Shown here: positions 30,301 through 39,347 of the stretch, piece after piece | How positions within the stretch are numbered: position 1 is the stretch's first letter | How the letters are laid out: each line of letters begins with the position of its first letter | Virus record (IMG/VR): IMGVR_UViG_2841817361_000001 | Span: 11,215-75,214 of that record | Reading direction: 5' to 3' (one strand) | From: a virus | Lineage: Duplodnaviria > Caudoviricetes | Length of the DNA stretch: 64,000 nucleotides | Made by a program: the position numbers and the translations under genes | The notes under the pieces: model-generated | Database searches by the model: none | Told to the model about the DNA's origin: nothing | The model's input: only the letters and a program-made list of their open reading frames with translations

Positions 30301-30918
30301 GTATTTATATCTGTAAGCAAACGCAACAAATCGGTCTTTATCAACGTCACTTACGGTATTACTATTTTTACTCTTATTTTTTATTATAGGAGCATCATAT
30401 GGAGGTTTCTTGATTAAGGTAATATCATCAATCGTAAAACCATTATAATAATCTTCTAATCGGCTTAAATTTATTACTCTTGGGTATTCCCAAACTTCAT
30501 TACTAAAAATGAGTAAATCGCCAATTTGATTAATGCTTAATAAGAATTTTAAAGGGAAAATTTCAGCTCCTTCTTTCCAACGAATTAGATCAAATCTTAG
30601 AACTTGAGTATCTTCAATAATTAATCTACTGTTACCTGAAATAATATCATATTCAATAATCTTACTCAATCCGGTTTTAGCAGCTAAGAAATAAAATAAT
30701 TTATCATTAAAGCCTTTATAAGATCCTATTAAAACCATTTCTTCATTAGAAAAATCACTAATTTTCAAAGATGATTTTATTGACTTAAAAGCTCCGTTAT
30801 CTCCTTCGCCTGATAAACGCAAATTCTCGGCTCTTACATAGCCTTTGTTATCAGTAAAAGTAGGATGAATATCACTATCCATCCTACCTTGTGTAAAAAT
30901 ATTTTGTATTGTTGGCAT
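27367..30918 (-). CDS. Tail nozzle / muzzle (stabilisation) protein
   Basis: N-terminal FTQGRMDSD...YVRAENLR, FAYRYKYKDG, GNRLVYYNY, YGISYNPES and C-terminal GSPMRGKW motifs. Confidence 0.75.
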   Translation of the reverse strand: MPTIQNIFTQGRMDSDIHPTFTDNKGYVRAENLRLSGEGDNGAFKSIKSSLKISDFSNEEMVLIGSYKGFNDKLFYFLAAKTGLSKIIEYDIISGNSRLIIEDTQVLRFDLIRWKEGAEIFPLKFLLSINQIGDLLIFSNEVWEYPRVINLSRLEDYYNGFTIDDITLIKKPPYDAPIIKNKSKNSNTVSDVDKDRFVAFAYRYKYKDGDYTPLSFYSDCSFETDGAFEVDEDRLNKAMVNKFNKLQLSINSGGHNVTDVEVYAREQLSNTAYRIYNVNKKKASINDDSEIFVDYSYSSNYEVLTDEETKYLYSNMPRFPKSQELVGNRLVYYNYKEDRDLKGINGDDIDVYFYVGVKNTPYSSSIKNNTVVSLFKYKIGVIFYNDYNERTSILLPQNENVSEATIGFEDKNTINSLFVKMVSDAPSWATKAKFAVLSQKLNYENIYITYARKVGNKIFLSITGDNINRIRKDDVIIRTDSSVYKEYKVSEVQQYGIKDGVIRDGVYAVIEVDDSFTITKNGEDIPIISESGWRTIDAVQQSTNPKRYDATSFYSGQIGSIIYNSTNNRADFLKSDYGVIKEGDLFSFSINFHYGRTGDEYGSINVSEQIFATKEYPSIYELLIDNLKSPYLTVYGNNTLNEVSLFTNSLFPDYVKEQIPRMYNWAVNSTAVPPEYAEVKVRSEVKLQRGIIPISFRTKNKEELNNIYYPTYKTYKVEDGNIIPDRIEAGMPTFDIEFYNGYCWGNGIESYKIKDQFNGKKLENSFHPNSVLLRGYKEIHRKNDISYGGIFNYELGINNLPVFNSTLANWKTLPIKYGEGQRIISTDSDLVVFNPNKIFRVLFGKSVILDLRGNESLATTNDVLGDIIELDYDYGISYNPESIAVNSNILYFTDKNKTRILALSGNQIVEVNGQNCGVFKETIDLLKSSSTFIGTYDEAHDEYVLGFDNKLTYSFNQNYKGFSHIMTYNFDYLHGTNGKLFQSYKGVLYEAEKGNDYSIFANQGTKTGKLKYYVNIEMNTDIIYQAHSLQSNVPWNTSFKTNLTESTVPESNYKYKESFYYTEIYRDTIGINNAKGVGEISHVNGNEVTFNYMPDGINVGDDLNIEGNISSAITNINGNTITVSNNTGFIIGQFAFTTPQRTLEYNPNGSPMRGKWLEVELSKTSNEYVYIASTTTEVKKSYL

Positions 30919-31709
30919 TATCGTGATTTCATTAGAAGTATAGAATCAATATCTGCCATTGATAGCCCGTTTTGGCTTTTGCTTAAAACATTCCTAGCAC
31001 TTTTGAATTCCTTCTTAAATGCTTGAGAAATATTTAAAGTGTCTTGACCTCCTTCTAGTAATTTATATTTTGTGAAATAAACCAACGCGTCTTCATATTC
31101 ATCCGGAATATTAATAGCACATTCATCAATATCATTGATTTTATTGCTTACATATTCAATTATCACATTTTGCTCTTCAAGATCAGAACTAAATTCAAAG
31201 TATTCATCTCTAATTGAAATCGAACTATTAGAATATTTAACTAAATCATCTAATAAAGATCTTAATGGTTCTGGTACATATTTACCTTTACCACAACAAA
31301 CTTCACATGATGTATCATTTACTTTATTATCAACGGAATTACAACTAATACATTCCTGGTATAAATCTGTTCCATCACAATCTGTTAAAATTGATCCGTC
31401 ACAATCTATAAGGAAATTGAATATAGTTTCTGGTAATGTTGAATCTTTAGCTAATTCAATAGTTTTACCATCACAATTAATAATATAAGCACGTATGAAT
31501 CTTAGATAATCTTGTGGTTTAAATAATTTACAAGAAGATGGTACTGTACCATTCATCCCTACTATATTCCTACCAAATGTCAGATTTAATTTCTTAAGTG
31601 CTTCTTTAAAGTACTTAGTCATCATGAATCTAGTCTTGACTCTAAATAAGCTATCTGGAGTTTGTGATTCTAATTCAAGTTCGTCAATTAAATCTTTCAG
31701 TGTAGGCAT
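30918..31709 (-). CDS. Tail ring / adaptor protein
   Basis: PQDYLRF and IPDEYEDALVYF motifs, upstream of the nozzle gene. Confidence 0.55.
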   Translation of the reverse strand: MPTLKDLIDELELESQTPDSLFRVKTRFMMTKYFKEALKKLNLTFGRNIVGMNGTVPSSCKLFKPQDYLRFIRAYIINCDGKTIELAKDSTLPETIFNFLIDCDGSILTDCDGTDLYQECISCNSVDNKVNDTSCEVCCGKGKYVPEPLRSLLDDLVKYSNSSISIRDEYFEFSSDLEEQNVIIEYVSNKINDIDECAINIPDEYEDALVYFTKYKLLEGGQDTLNISQAFKKEFKSARNVLSKSQNGLSMADIDSILLMKSR

Positions 31710-31711
31710 AG

Positions 31712-31894
31712 TTATTTTTTCTTTTTATCCATCCAGTTATGATAATCTGCATGTGTTACTTCTCTTTTCCGATCTTCATAACTATTAATATTTCCATTTT
31801 CTTTGTTTGCTTGTTTAAACAATGCTTCTCTTTCTTCTGAAAGTAAATAGTTACCGAATTCTACTAAATCTTTTCTATTAAAATAAACTACCAT
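31712..31894 (-). CDS. Small hypothetical protein next to the tRNA
   Basis: MVVYFNRKDLVEFGNYLLS...VTHADYHNW; ATG 31894 preferred over track start 31912. Confidence 0.6.
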   Translation of the reverse strand: MVVYFNRKDLVEFGNYLLSEEREALFKQANKENGNINSYEDRKREVTHADYHNWMDKKKK

Positions 31895-31957
31895 TATTCT
31901 TGAATTTTTCAATGGTTTGTTCCTACTCTATAAGCTTTTCGGATTCCGCTTTATTTG

Positions 31958-32028
31958 CACGCCTGAAAAGATTCGAACTCTTACTAAATGGTTTGGAATC
32001 ATTTGTGCTACCATTACACTACAGACGC
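31958..32028 (-). tRNA. tRNA-Trp(CCA), CCA end not encoded
   Basis: Acceptor GCGTCTG/CAGGCGT, D arm GTGT/GCAC, anticodon loop TTCCAAA, T loop TTCGAAT, discriminator G; A31-C39 mismatch. Confidence 0.85.
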
Positions 32029-32029
32029 A

Positions 32030-32713
32030 TTATTGATTATTATACATTTCTTCTTGTTTCAATCCATTAGCATAAGCTTCAACTTCTTGCTCTCTTACAT
32101 TCAATCCGGACATTGATAATACTTCGGTAAGTAAATGTGTGAACAATGATTCTGGAATATCAATATCCTGGAAATCTGAGGCAGAAGGATTAAACATTTC
32201 AATGCCTTGAACAATATGAAATGTATATTTTGGTGTTTTAGTTTTTCGAATATAATCTAACTCTACATTCGTTTTATTAGAGGATATTCTAATCTCATTA
32301 TTATTTAGTGTGAATACAGGTAAACATTGACTTGGTCGCATTCTTTTAGTCCTACTCAAACTATTGAATGTTTTAAGCTCTACCTTTTCATACTCATTAT
32401 CATTATCGAAAACAGACTCAACATATAAAACATCTGGTGGTAATTGTGCCTTACCACCATTGATGTTTATTTCTTTACTGGTTACATAGAATTCTATTAA
32501 TTGTTTTTGTGTAAACGCATCGTTTCCGTAATTGTTAGCCAACTGCATTCGCATTTCTCTGTAACTTGTTTTCTTAAATACAGAGAATAATTCTGATATA
32601 ACTTTTAACTGAGCATTACCAACAATGCTGTTAAACTCCAACACAGTTATTTTACCTCGTTGGTCTTTGTTTAACAAAACATTTATTAGAGTATATAACC
32701 GATCTATGTACAT
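32030..32713 (-). CDS. Tail ring / head-tail connector protein
   Basis: LLNKDQRGKIT..EFN, LPPDVLY and DYIRKTKTPK motifs typical of Bacteroidota podovirus ring proteins. Confidence 0.6.
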   Translation of the reverse strand: MYIDRLYTLINVLLNKDQRGKITVLEFNSIVGNAQLKVISELFSVFKKTSYREMRMQLANNYGNDAFTQKQLIEFYVTSKEININGGKAQLPPDVLYVESVFDNDNEYEKVELKTFNSLSRTKRMRPSQCLPVFTLNNNEIRISSNKTNVELDYIRKTKTPKYTFHIVQGIEMFNPSASDFQDIDIPESLFTHLLTEVLSMSGLNVREQEVEAYANGLKQEEMYNNQ

Positions 32714-33453
32714 TACTTTTCAGCTTTATCCGTAACTGCTGCTTTTTTAGTAGTTACTTTTTCAATAGTATCTTCACGCATCTGTTCAGCTAGAACTGTA
32801 GCTACTTTTTTACCTTCAGTCGTTTTTAAGAAGTCTACCATTTCTTCAACAGGAGTTTTACCTCTCGGAATTGATGTGATCAACTCATTATTAGATTTCC
32901 ATCTAACTTCTGAACCAGCTACATCTTGAGTAATAATTTCTTTTGCAAACGCAACTGTTACAAAAAGACGTTCCTTATTTTCAGATTCATCCAACATCTT
33001 GTTGATTTTATCTGGATCTTCTTGTACTTCATTTACAATATTCAATCTTAATACAGGAATACCTTGTTGTAAAGCTGAGAAGCCAAATAACTCAATACCT
33101 AAAGCTCTAAGATTTACTTCATCAAGCTTAAACACTTTATCAAGTACTTGGCTTGCATTTTCTACTGCTTCAAGATGTGCTACAGCATTAGCTTCAGGAT
33201 CATAAATTTTAATTAAATCACCAAATCTAGGATGGCCTTCAAGCCACTTTTGTTCAACAGGATTACTGAATGACATGATTTGAGAATTCACATAAATTCT
33301 TTGTCCTTTAGCTTCAGAATCTTGTTTCTTATATTCAAGTTCAGCATCATCCTCTACAAGTCTGATCTTCACTCTATCTTTATTTACGTAGACTGGATTT
33401 AAATGTGCTTTCCAATATTCACTATCGAAAATGTATGTTTTAGTTTCTGACAT
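32713..33453 (-). CDS. Morphogenesis-cluster protein
   Basis: Directly after the capsid terminator; WLEGHP and FLKTTEG motifs. Confidence 0.5.
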   Translation of the reverse strand: MSETKTYIFDSEYWKAHLNPVYVNKDRVKIRLVEDDAELEYKKQDSEAKGQRIYVNSQIMSFSNPVEQKWLEGHPRFGDLIKIYDPEANAVAHLEAVENASQVLDKVFKLDEVNLRALGIELFGFSALQQGIPVLRLNIVNEVQEDPDKINKMLDESENKERLFVTVAFAKEIITQDVAGSEVRWKSNNELITSIPRGKTPVEEMVDFLKTTEGKKVATVLAEQMREDTIEKVTTKKAAVTDKAEK

Positions 33454-33470
33454 ATTTAGGTTATGTGTTT

Positions 33471-33500
33471 AAAATCAAGTAGGGATTTCTCCCCACTTGA
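33471..33500 (-). terminator. Intrinsic terminator after the major capsid gene
   Basis: Minus strand TCAAGTGGGGA-GAAA-TCCCTACTTGA-TTTT. Confidence 0.75.
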
Positions 33501-33518
33501 CTATATTTAAAATGATTA

Positions 33519-34889
33519 TTAGTTAATACCTACGATGAATTTTTCTGGGAAGAAGATTACTGGTGCAAACTTGTTCACATATTCAATTTTGAACTTGTCA
33601 CAATTTGCAATTCCATTATCAACTCTTAGGTTTTTATAAACTTTTCTTTCGTTTCCGAACCATGCAACGTTAGCATAACCAACTTCAAATGATTGACCTC
33701 CTACAGTTCTTTTTAATTTACCCATTGGAGTAATTAAGAAGTTGTATTTTTTAGCAAGGTTTAGTGAAGCATGTTTACCTGTAAATGCATTCCATTTAGT
33801 AAAAATCAACTTAACTCCATTTACATCAATTCCTTTGTATCCTAGATACATAAGATCATTTTGATGATTTACAAACGGGTCCCACTGATAATTAGTTCTT
33901 GGAAGCAAATCCATTAATGCAGTATATTGTTCCGGAGTACAGTGAAGTGCTGCTTCATACACTCCTTCTTTTTCAAGTAAAGCTGCTATATCAGATAAAT
34001 CAGAGATTGCACTGATTTTACCCTGGAATTTAGTTGCTCTGTTATCTAAGATTTGGAAGATACCCATAGTTCCTCTTGGTGAACCTTTTGCTGTTGCCTG
34101 AGCTGCTGTAAGTCTTCTTGCAAAAGCAAGTGCATTATCAGTCATATCAGATAGTTCAGTCATCTTTCTATCAAGATTAGTATCTAACCAATATTCACCA
34201 TCTTTGGTTTTATATGGTTCATAAGATCCACCTCCAGTTGCAATGACTTCTTCATCACACCATTCAAGGCAAACACCTGTTTTAAAGAAAGACTGTTCTC
34301 TTGCTGGAGAGTAATCTTTATACCCAATACATGGTGGACATTCACAATGATCTAAATTGTAACCTGTGAAAATAATTTCAAGATCAGCTGAAGCAATATC
34401 CCAGTCAGTATCTGTATCAACTCTATCGGCTGTAATTACTGTACTGTCAGCATTAATTGCTGTAATCTTACCGTAGTTCATTTTACCAGTTGCATCAATA
34501 GCCGTGAATTCCATTCCTACTTCAACAATGAACTGTAATTTAGTAGGTCTACTAGAATCAAAGTCATACGGATCAGAAGGTATTTTAGTAGCATCAATAG
34601 TAAAATCCTTATCTGTTCTTTTTACTACTCTTCCGGTTATTGATAAAGGAATATTAGTTCCTTCTGATTCATTATATCTGAACTGATCACTTGCTACAGT
34701 GATTTCATTTCCTTGTGCTAATAAGAAACCTAAGTAGGTATTTTTAGCGATTTCTGGCAACACTACTTCACCAATATATTCTGGTGCTGTAGCTGCTGCA
34801 ATTTCCATAGAAGACACTAGAGGTTTTCTTCCTCCTGTACTCTTCTGTAAAAGATACTGTTTATCTACTGTTGGATTTACGATTGGCAT
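33519..34889 (-). CDS. Major capsid protein
   Basis: 456 aa after the scaffold-like gene and followed by a terminator; RGTMGIFQIL motif. Confidence 0.7.
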   Translation of the reverse strand: MPIVNPTVDKQYLLQKSTGGRKPLVSSMEIAAATAPEYIGEVVLPEIAKNTYLGFLLAQGNEITVASDQFRYNESEGTNIPLSITGRVVKRTDKDFTIDATKIPSDPYDFDSSRPTKLQFIVEVGMEFTAIDATGKMNYGKITAINADSTVITADRVDTDTDWDIASADLEIIFTGYNLDHCECPPCIGYKDYSPAREQSFFKTGVCLEWCDEEVIATGGGSYEPYKTKDGEYWLDTNLDRKMTELSDMTDNALAFARRLTAAQATAKGSPRGTMGIFQILDNRATKFQGKISAISDLSDIAALLEKEGVYEAALHCTPEQYTALMDLLPRTNYQWDPFVNHQNDLMYLGYKGIDVNGVKLIFTKWNAFTGKHASLNLAKKYNFLITPMGKLKRTVGGQSFEVGYANVAWFGNERKVYKNLRVDNGIANCDKFKIEYVNKFAPVIFFPEKFIVGIN

Positions 34890-34919
34890 TTCTAATTTGT
34901 GTTTTTGGTTTTTAGTTTT

Positions 34920-36008
34920 CTATTTTAGTATCGACTTATGAGCGCCATGTCGTAGACCTTCAAGTTCTTCTCTTGGGTTTGAATTTTGAGTAGTAACCTC
35001 ACGATTATTGAATGAAATATTTCTTTCTGATTTATCACGTCGTTCCATTCCTTCAGCAACTCCTTGTTCATAAATGAAATCAAATACTTGTTGCTTAAAC
35101 TGTTGGCTTCTCCATGCTGCAAAGTCTTCATATAATGATTTTGCATTTGTTACTTGAGTATAGTCAGCATTGAAATAGTCTTTAACTGTTTCGCTAATAT
35201 TCTCTACAAATGGTCTTATACTTGACTTAACTTCATCTTCCATCGTGAAGAAAACTGTCTTACCTCCGAAATTCAACGGAATATCAGACACTTCTTTTTC
35301 TACTTTATAAATTTCATTGAGATAGTTTGCACGAACTTCTTGTGCATATGCTTGTTGTTGTTTAACCAAATCATCATTTGATAAATTATTATCTGGTTGT
35401 GTATTTGATTCAAACGATAATTCTGAATTAACTTTTTCAGTATGAAAAGCTTTTGCTTTAGCTAATAGTTCCTCACGTTTAGCCTGCTTCTCTAAGTTTC
35501 GTTCATTAATCTGATCAATGTCTTTCTGCGAAACTCCTCCAAAGTCATCATCAAAATCTTCATCAGACATTTCAGGGACTTGTTCCAAAGTCATCCTCTT
35601 CATTTCCAATTCGATTCCAGCCTTTTGTTTTCCTTCTTTTTCAGAAAGATATTGGCGAATTAAATCGTCTTCAGGAATTGTATTAATGTCTTTTGTAAGT
35701 TCGTAAAAGTCGTTAACGTTTTTAGACGGGTTTTTTTTAAGAAAATTATTAATCTTTGCAACTTCTTCAGAAGCAAATACATCTTCGTTTTTTGACCCGT
35801 TTCTGTTATCGACAGTAGCAATATTAACTTGAGAGTCTACTTCTTGTGTAGAATTATTTTGAGGAGCTACCTCATTGTCTACATTTGAAGGCTCAATATT
35901 TTGTTCAACTGTTTGTTCTGTTTGATTATCAACTGAAGTGACTTGCGAATCAACATCTGAATGCTGGTTTGCTTGTTCTTGCAATAATGTTTTTAATCGT
36001 TCACTCAT
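34920..36008 (-). CDS. Scaffold-like acidic protein
   Basis: Low-complexity acidic N-terminus, helical body, YEQG...NI C-terminal motif; first gene of the head operon. Confidence 0.6.
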   Translation of the reverse strand: MSERLKTLLQEQANQHSDVDSQVTSVDNQTEQTVEQNIEPSNVDNEVAPQNNSTQEVDSQVNIATVDNRNGSKNEDVFASEEVAKINNFLKKNPSKNVNDFYELTKDINTIPEDDLIRQYLSEKEGKQKAGIELEMKRMTLEQVPEMSDEDFDDDFGGVSQKDIDQINERNLEKQAKREELLAKAKAFHTEKVNSELSFESNTQPDNNLSNDDLVKQQQAYAQEVRANYLNEIYKVEKEVSDIPLNFGGKTVFFTMEDEVKSSIRPFVENISETVKDYFNADYTQVTNAKSLYEDFAAWRSQQFKQQVFDFIYEQGVAEGMERRDKSERNISFNNREVTTQNSNPREELEGLRHGAHKSILK

Positions 36009-36024
36009 AATTTAGGTTTATGGA

Positions 36025-36070
36025 TTTACCCCAAAATACAAGCACACATTCCCTAAAGTGGATTTGCTAA
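36025..36070 (-). promoter_or_regulatory. Putative late promoter for the head-tail operon
   Basis: TTAGCAAATCC-N21-TATTTTGG on the minus strand. Confidence 0.55.
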
Positions 36071-36235
36071 AATGATTTACATGAGCCTACATGTTTTTAC
36101 TTTAAATGTTAATATTTACGTTAAATGCAATTTTTTATTTTGATATTAATTTTATTTTATTTATTTTTTCTAATATGAACTATATACTCGTATATCTAAA
36201 GATATACTCGTACCTACTGCGTACGTTTCTCTACC

Positions 36236-36295
36236 GCAATATTTCCCCATTTTATTTCGCTCGCTCCGCTCACTCATAAAATAGAAAAATATTGC
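36236..36295. repeat. 20-bp imperfect inverted repeat around a (CGCT)n-like loop
   Basis: GCAATATTTCCCCATTTTAT / ATAAAATAGAAAAATATTGC, 17 of 20 paired. Confidence 0.7.
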
Positions 36296-36563
36296 TCGTT
36301 CGATCAAAAAACAAAAAGCTTATTTAGAATAATTACTATTGATTTTCAAATATTTATGAAAACTGGTAAATAAATATTAATTATGGAACTTTTTGTGAAA
36401 AACGCAAAAACAACATTCAAAGTCCCTATCGACGGAATTTACCATTTTGTAAAATGCAATCCGCTACTTTATAAAAAACAATGAAGACGTGACTAAATAA
36501 CGTTTAATGTAATTTAATTTGCTTTTTGTGTATTTTAAATTTGCTTTTAAAGTAATTACGTTG

Positions 36564-36571
36564 TAAATTTG
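36564..36571 (+). promoter_or_regulatory. Host-type -7 box for the rightward operon
   Basis: TAAATTTG with an upstream TTTG near 36541. Confidence 0.55.
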
Positions 36572-36591
36572 TGTATATAAAACGATGAAAT

Positions 36592-37047
36592 TTGGCAACA
36601 CACGAAGAAATAGAAAAAATACTTTATGAACCTGTAAGAGAAATGACTTTTGGTTCTTATTCAGAAATGCGCAAAGCAGGATGGAATAAAAAAGAATTAG
36701 TCTCTTTCATCAAGAATGTAATGTCAGCATTTGAAGAAGCAGTTTTAGAAGGGCACTCAATTTCTTTTAAAGAATATGCAGTAATTGAAAGGCGACCAAA
36801 ATATGCAGGAGGATATAGAATTGGAAACTGGTTTAAGAAAGATACTTACAAACTAGGATTGTATGCAACCAAAGTACAAAAGGTTAGAAAAGAAATGAGA
36901 AAGCTATTTGAACGTGATATGCAAGCCGGAATTCAGCCAGACAATATGCCATTATACATTGCCAAATGGAAAGAAAGAGAAGCTCTTAGAAAACTAGAAA
37001 AAGAAAAATTGGAAAATGATGATTCCAAGAAAGAAGAAGATCTGTAA
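36592..37047 (+). CDS. HU/IHF-like DNA-binding protein (divergent)
   Basis: KKELVSFIKNVMSAFEEAVLEGHSISFKEYAVIERR resembles the HU helix2-beta1-beta2 pattern. Confidence 0.45.
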   Translation: MATHEEIEKILYEPVREMTFGSYSEMRKAGWNKKELVSFIKNVMSAFEEAVLEGHSISFKEYAVIERRPKYAGGYRIGNWFKKDTYKLGLYATKVQKVRKEMRKLFERDMQAGIQPDNMPLYIAKWKEREALRKLEKEKLENDDSKKEEDL

Positions 37048-37402
37048 AAGTTGTGAAACTGAAAAATATCTTTTTGGAAAAGGATTATGTAAACCGTGTT
37101 ACTTACGTTTAAATAACAAGCCGATAAATAAAATATCCCAAAAACACAAAGAACTATTGAGTGAGTACACGGTTATACGCAAAGAGTTTTTAGAAAGCTG
37201 TAATTATATATGTAAACCTAATCTAGAAAACTGCACAAGAAAAGCAACCGAAGTACATCACATGAAAGGAAAAGTTTCTAAAGAACTTTTTTTAAATCCA
37301 AAATACTTTCTTCCAACTTGTTCATCATGTCATAAATATATAGAGGAACATCCAGAATTTGCTTATGAAAATGGATTCTCAATTAAAAGAAACATAAAAT
37401 AA
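37016..37402 (+). CDS. HNH-like zinc-binding endonuclease
   Basis: CxxC pairs, ATEVHHMKGK and PTCSSCHKYIE. Confidence 0.65.
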   Translation: MMIPRKKKICKSCETEKYLFGKGLCKPCYLRLNNKPINKISQKHKELLSEYTVIRKEFLESCNYICKPNLENCTRKATEVHHMKGKVSKELFLNPKYFLPTCSSCHKYIEEHPEFAYENGFSIKRNIK

Positions 37403-37403
37403 A

Positions 37404-37477
37404 GGTTATTTAACTCAGTTGGTAAGAGTGCTGTTCTCATAAAACAGAAGTCATAGGTTCGAATCCTATAATAGCCA
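37404..37477 (+). tRNA. tRNA with CAT anticodon (elongator Met, or Ile2 if lysidine-modified)
   Basis: Acceptor GGTTATT/AATAGCC, anticodon arm CTGTT-CTCATAA-AACAG, T loop TTCGAAT. Confidence 0.88.
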
Positions 37478-37486
37478 CATAAATTA

Positions 37487-37591
37487 ACCACCACACGTAT
37501 AGTTGTTTAGTTATAAGCCAGTCTTACAAAGTTGTTTTCATAGTTTTTTCATATTTATTATTTGGTTTTTAAAGTGTGGTGGTATTTTTTA
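37487..37591 (+). ncRNA. Candidate antisense small RNA
   Basis: 10-bp closing stem ACCACCACAC/GTGTGGTGGT plus T run; loop complementary to 48527-48543 and 48546-48557. Confidence 0.45.
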
Positions 37592-37740
37592 ATAATCAAT
37601 AATCCATTATTATTCTCTTCGTGCAAGAGTGAGTTAATTTAAAAACAATATAGGGTGCTAAATGCTGCACAAGGGTGAACTTACCATATGTCACATCCTA
37701 TTTACCAAGCTGATAATAATGGATTTTAAAATAACACCTT

Positions 37741-38034
37741 ATGAAAAAAGTAGTAGAAATTATTACAGCATATTATCGCCTACTTATCTTAAAACTGTTT
37801 GGTGGAATAACTGTAGAAGAAAAATTAGAACAACAAAGAAGACTTGATATTTGTGAAGAATGCCTTTTAAGAAGCAAAAATTGGTGTGATAGCAAAAAGA
37901 CAATTGTCATGATTGATGAAGAAAAGTCAAAAAATAATATTAGACATCTGAAAAATATAACTGGATGTGGATGTTACTTACCTGCAAAAGCTTTAGTAGA
38001 ATCAAAAGAAGAATGTCCGTTAAATAAATGGTAA
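37741..38034 (+). CDS. Cys-rich zinc-binding phage protein
   Basis: RLDICEEC...GCGCYLPAK...ECPLNKW. Confidence 0.65.
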   Translation: MKKVVEIITAYYRLLILKLFGGITVEEKLEQQRRLDICEECLLRSKNWCDSKKTIVMIDEEKSKNNIRHLKNITGCGCYLPAKALVESKEECPLNKW

Positions 38035-38035
38035 T

Positions 38036-38554
38036 ATGAACTTTGTAGAAAATGTATATCAATATTTATTCTATGCCCCAGAAGAAATAAAATTCAACTG
38101 GTATCAAGATGATGTACTTTACTTTAATGGCTTCAAATTCCATGATGATAAAGTTGAATATATGAATATTTACACTTTTGATACAAAGGACTATTATAAC
38201 CCTGAGTACTTAGATGTAACCTTTGCGTTCACAAAGTATAAGAAAAAAGTAAACCCATACCACTTAACCCATATCATTAATGATTGCTTAAAAAAGTATC
38301 ATAGAGAATCTGAATTTACCGAAAACCACACCCCAATCCTGAAAAACTTCAATGAACAATTCAAACCAAAACGTCATTACCAAATCAATAAACACAGAGG
38401 AAGACACCTCAAGTTTATTACAAGCGACAGGGATTTCATTCACAGATGGTGGAATAATATACTTTGTAGAGCCATTGAAGAAAGATTGTATTCTTCGCCC
38501 TTTATCGGACATTTTAATGAAAGACCTAATTCTATGTTCTTTCCATTTTCGTAA
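38036..38554 (+). CDS. Hypothetical protein
   Basis: ATG ORF packed in the operon; a further frame continues to 38702. Confidence 0.55.
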   Translation: MNFVENVYQYLFYAPEEIKFNWYQDDVLYFNGFKFHDDKVEYMNIYTFDTKDYYNPEYLDVTFAFTKYKKKVNPYHLTHIINDCLKKYHRESEFTENHTPILKNFNEQFKPKRHYQINKHRGRHLKFITSDRDFIHRWWNNILCRAIEERLYSSPFIGHFNERPNSMFFPFS

Positions 38555-38691
38555 AGGCGAAACTCAAATAAAGTTTAAGACTAATGATTTCGCAACAAGA
38601 ACATATAAAGATCTTATTGATCATAATATCAACAATGAACAGTTACAAAATAACATTTATAAACCAGGAGAATTTATAGCAGAAATTTACC

Positions 38692-39336
38692 ATGAATTCT
38701 AACTTCAGTCGTAAGATATGGTGGAAAATACAACGACATAATAACGGAATTGAAAAAAAGAAATTTGAAGTTGTTAATAAAAATGGTGTTAAGAAATACA
38801 ATTTTCTTATTGGTGAAAGCGAACAAGTTAAAAACATCATTAATGAAAGACTTAACGAACTTGGATGGACGTTTCCTTACTTTCAAAGTCAGATGTATAA
38901 AAAATATCGGACACTAAAAAAAGATAGTGAAAGGTATTTAAAAGGAGAAATATCAATACCATTATTTGAATTCTTTAATATGATGAAAGTTTTAAACATA
39001 GAAATTTCCCTAAAACCAAAAGATAACTTATTCACTTCATCCTATGAAAGGGGTATAGTTATTATTAACCGGAACTACTTTCCACGCTTTTATTTATCAT
39101 TTCCATTAAAAAAAGTAACAGAATTCCATATACACTTTCAAGATAATTTAGAAGATAATATAAAAAACAAATCGCTTGAATATTACACTGTAATGCATGA
39201 AGCTATACGCTGGTATTTCACTGGCAAAAAGAATGTATACAAGCCTATGGAACTTAAAAGAGAATTTATGAAACAATATTTCAAGAATGATCAAAATATA
39301 TTATTTGATACAAAAGAAATTGACAGAACAAAATAA
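38692..39336 (+). CDS. Hypothetical basic protein, possible HTH
   Basis: SERYLKGEISIPLFEFFNMMKVLNI resembles the end of an XRE fold. Confidence 0.45.
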   Translation: MNSNFSRKIWWKIQRHNNGIEKKKFEVVNKNGVKKYNFLIGESEQVKNIINERLNELGWTFPYFQSQMYKKYRTLKKDSERYLKGEISIPLFEFFNMMKVLNIEISLKPKDNLFTSSYERGIVIINRNYFPRFYLSFPLKKVTEFHIHFQDNLEDNIKNKSLEYYTVMHEAIRWYFTGKKNVYKPMELKREFMKQYFKNDQNILFDTKEIDRTK

Positions 39337-39347
39337 AATATTACAAA

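Noticed and set aside
2332-35706. Short antisense or nested ORFs in the track (e.g. 4859..5272, 12967..13278, 31135..31488)
   Set aside because: They lie opposite or within long well-supported genes and have shadow-frame composition
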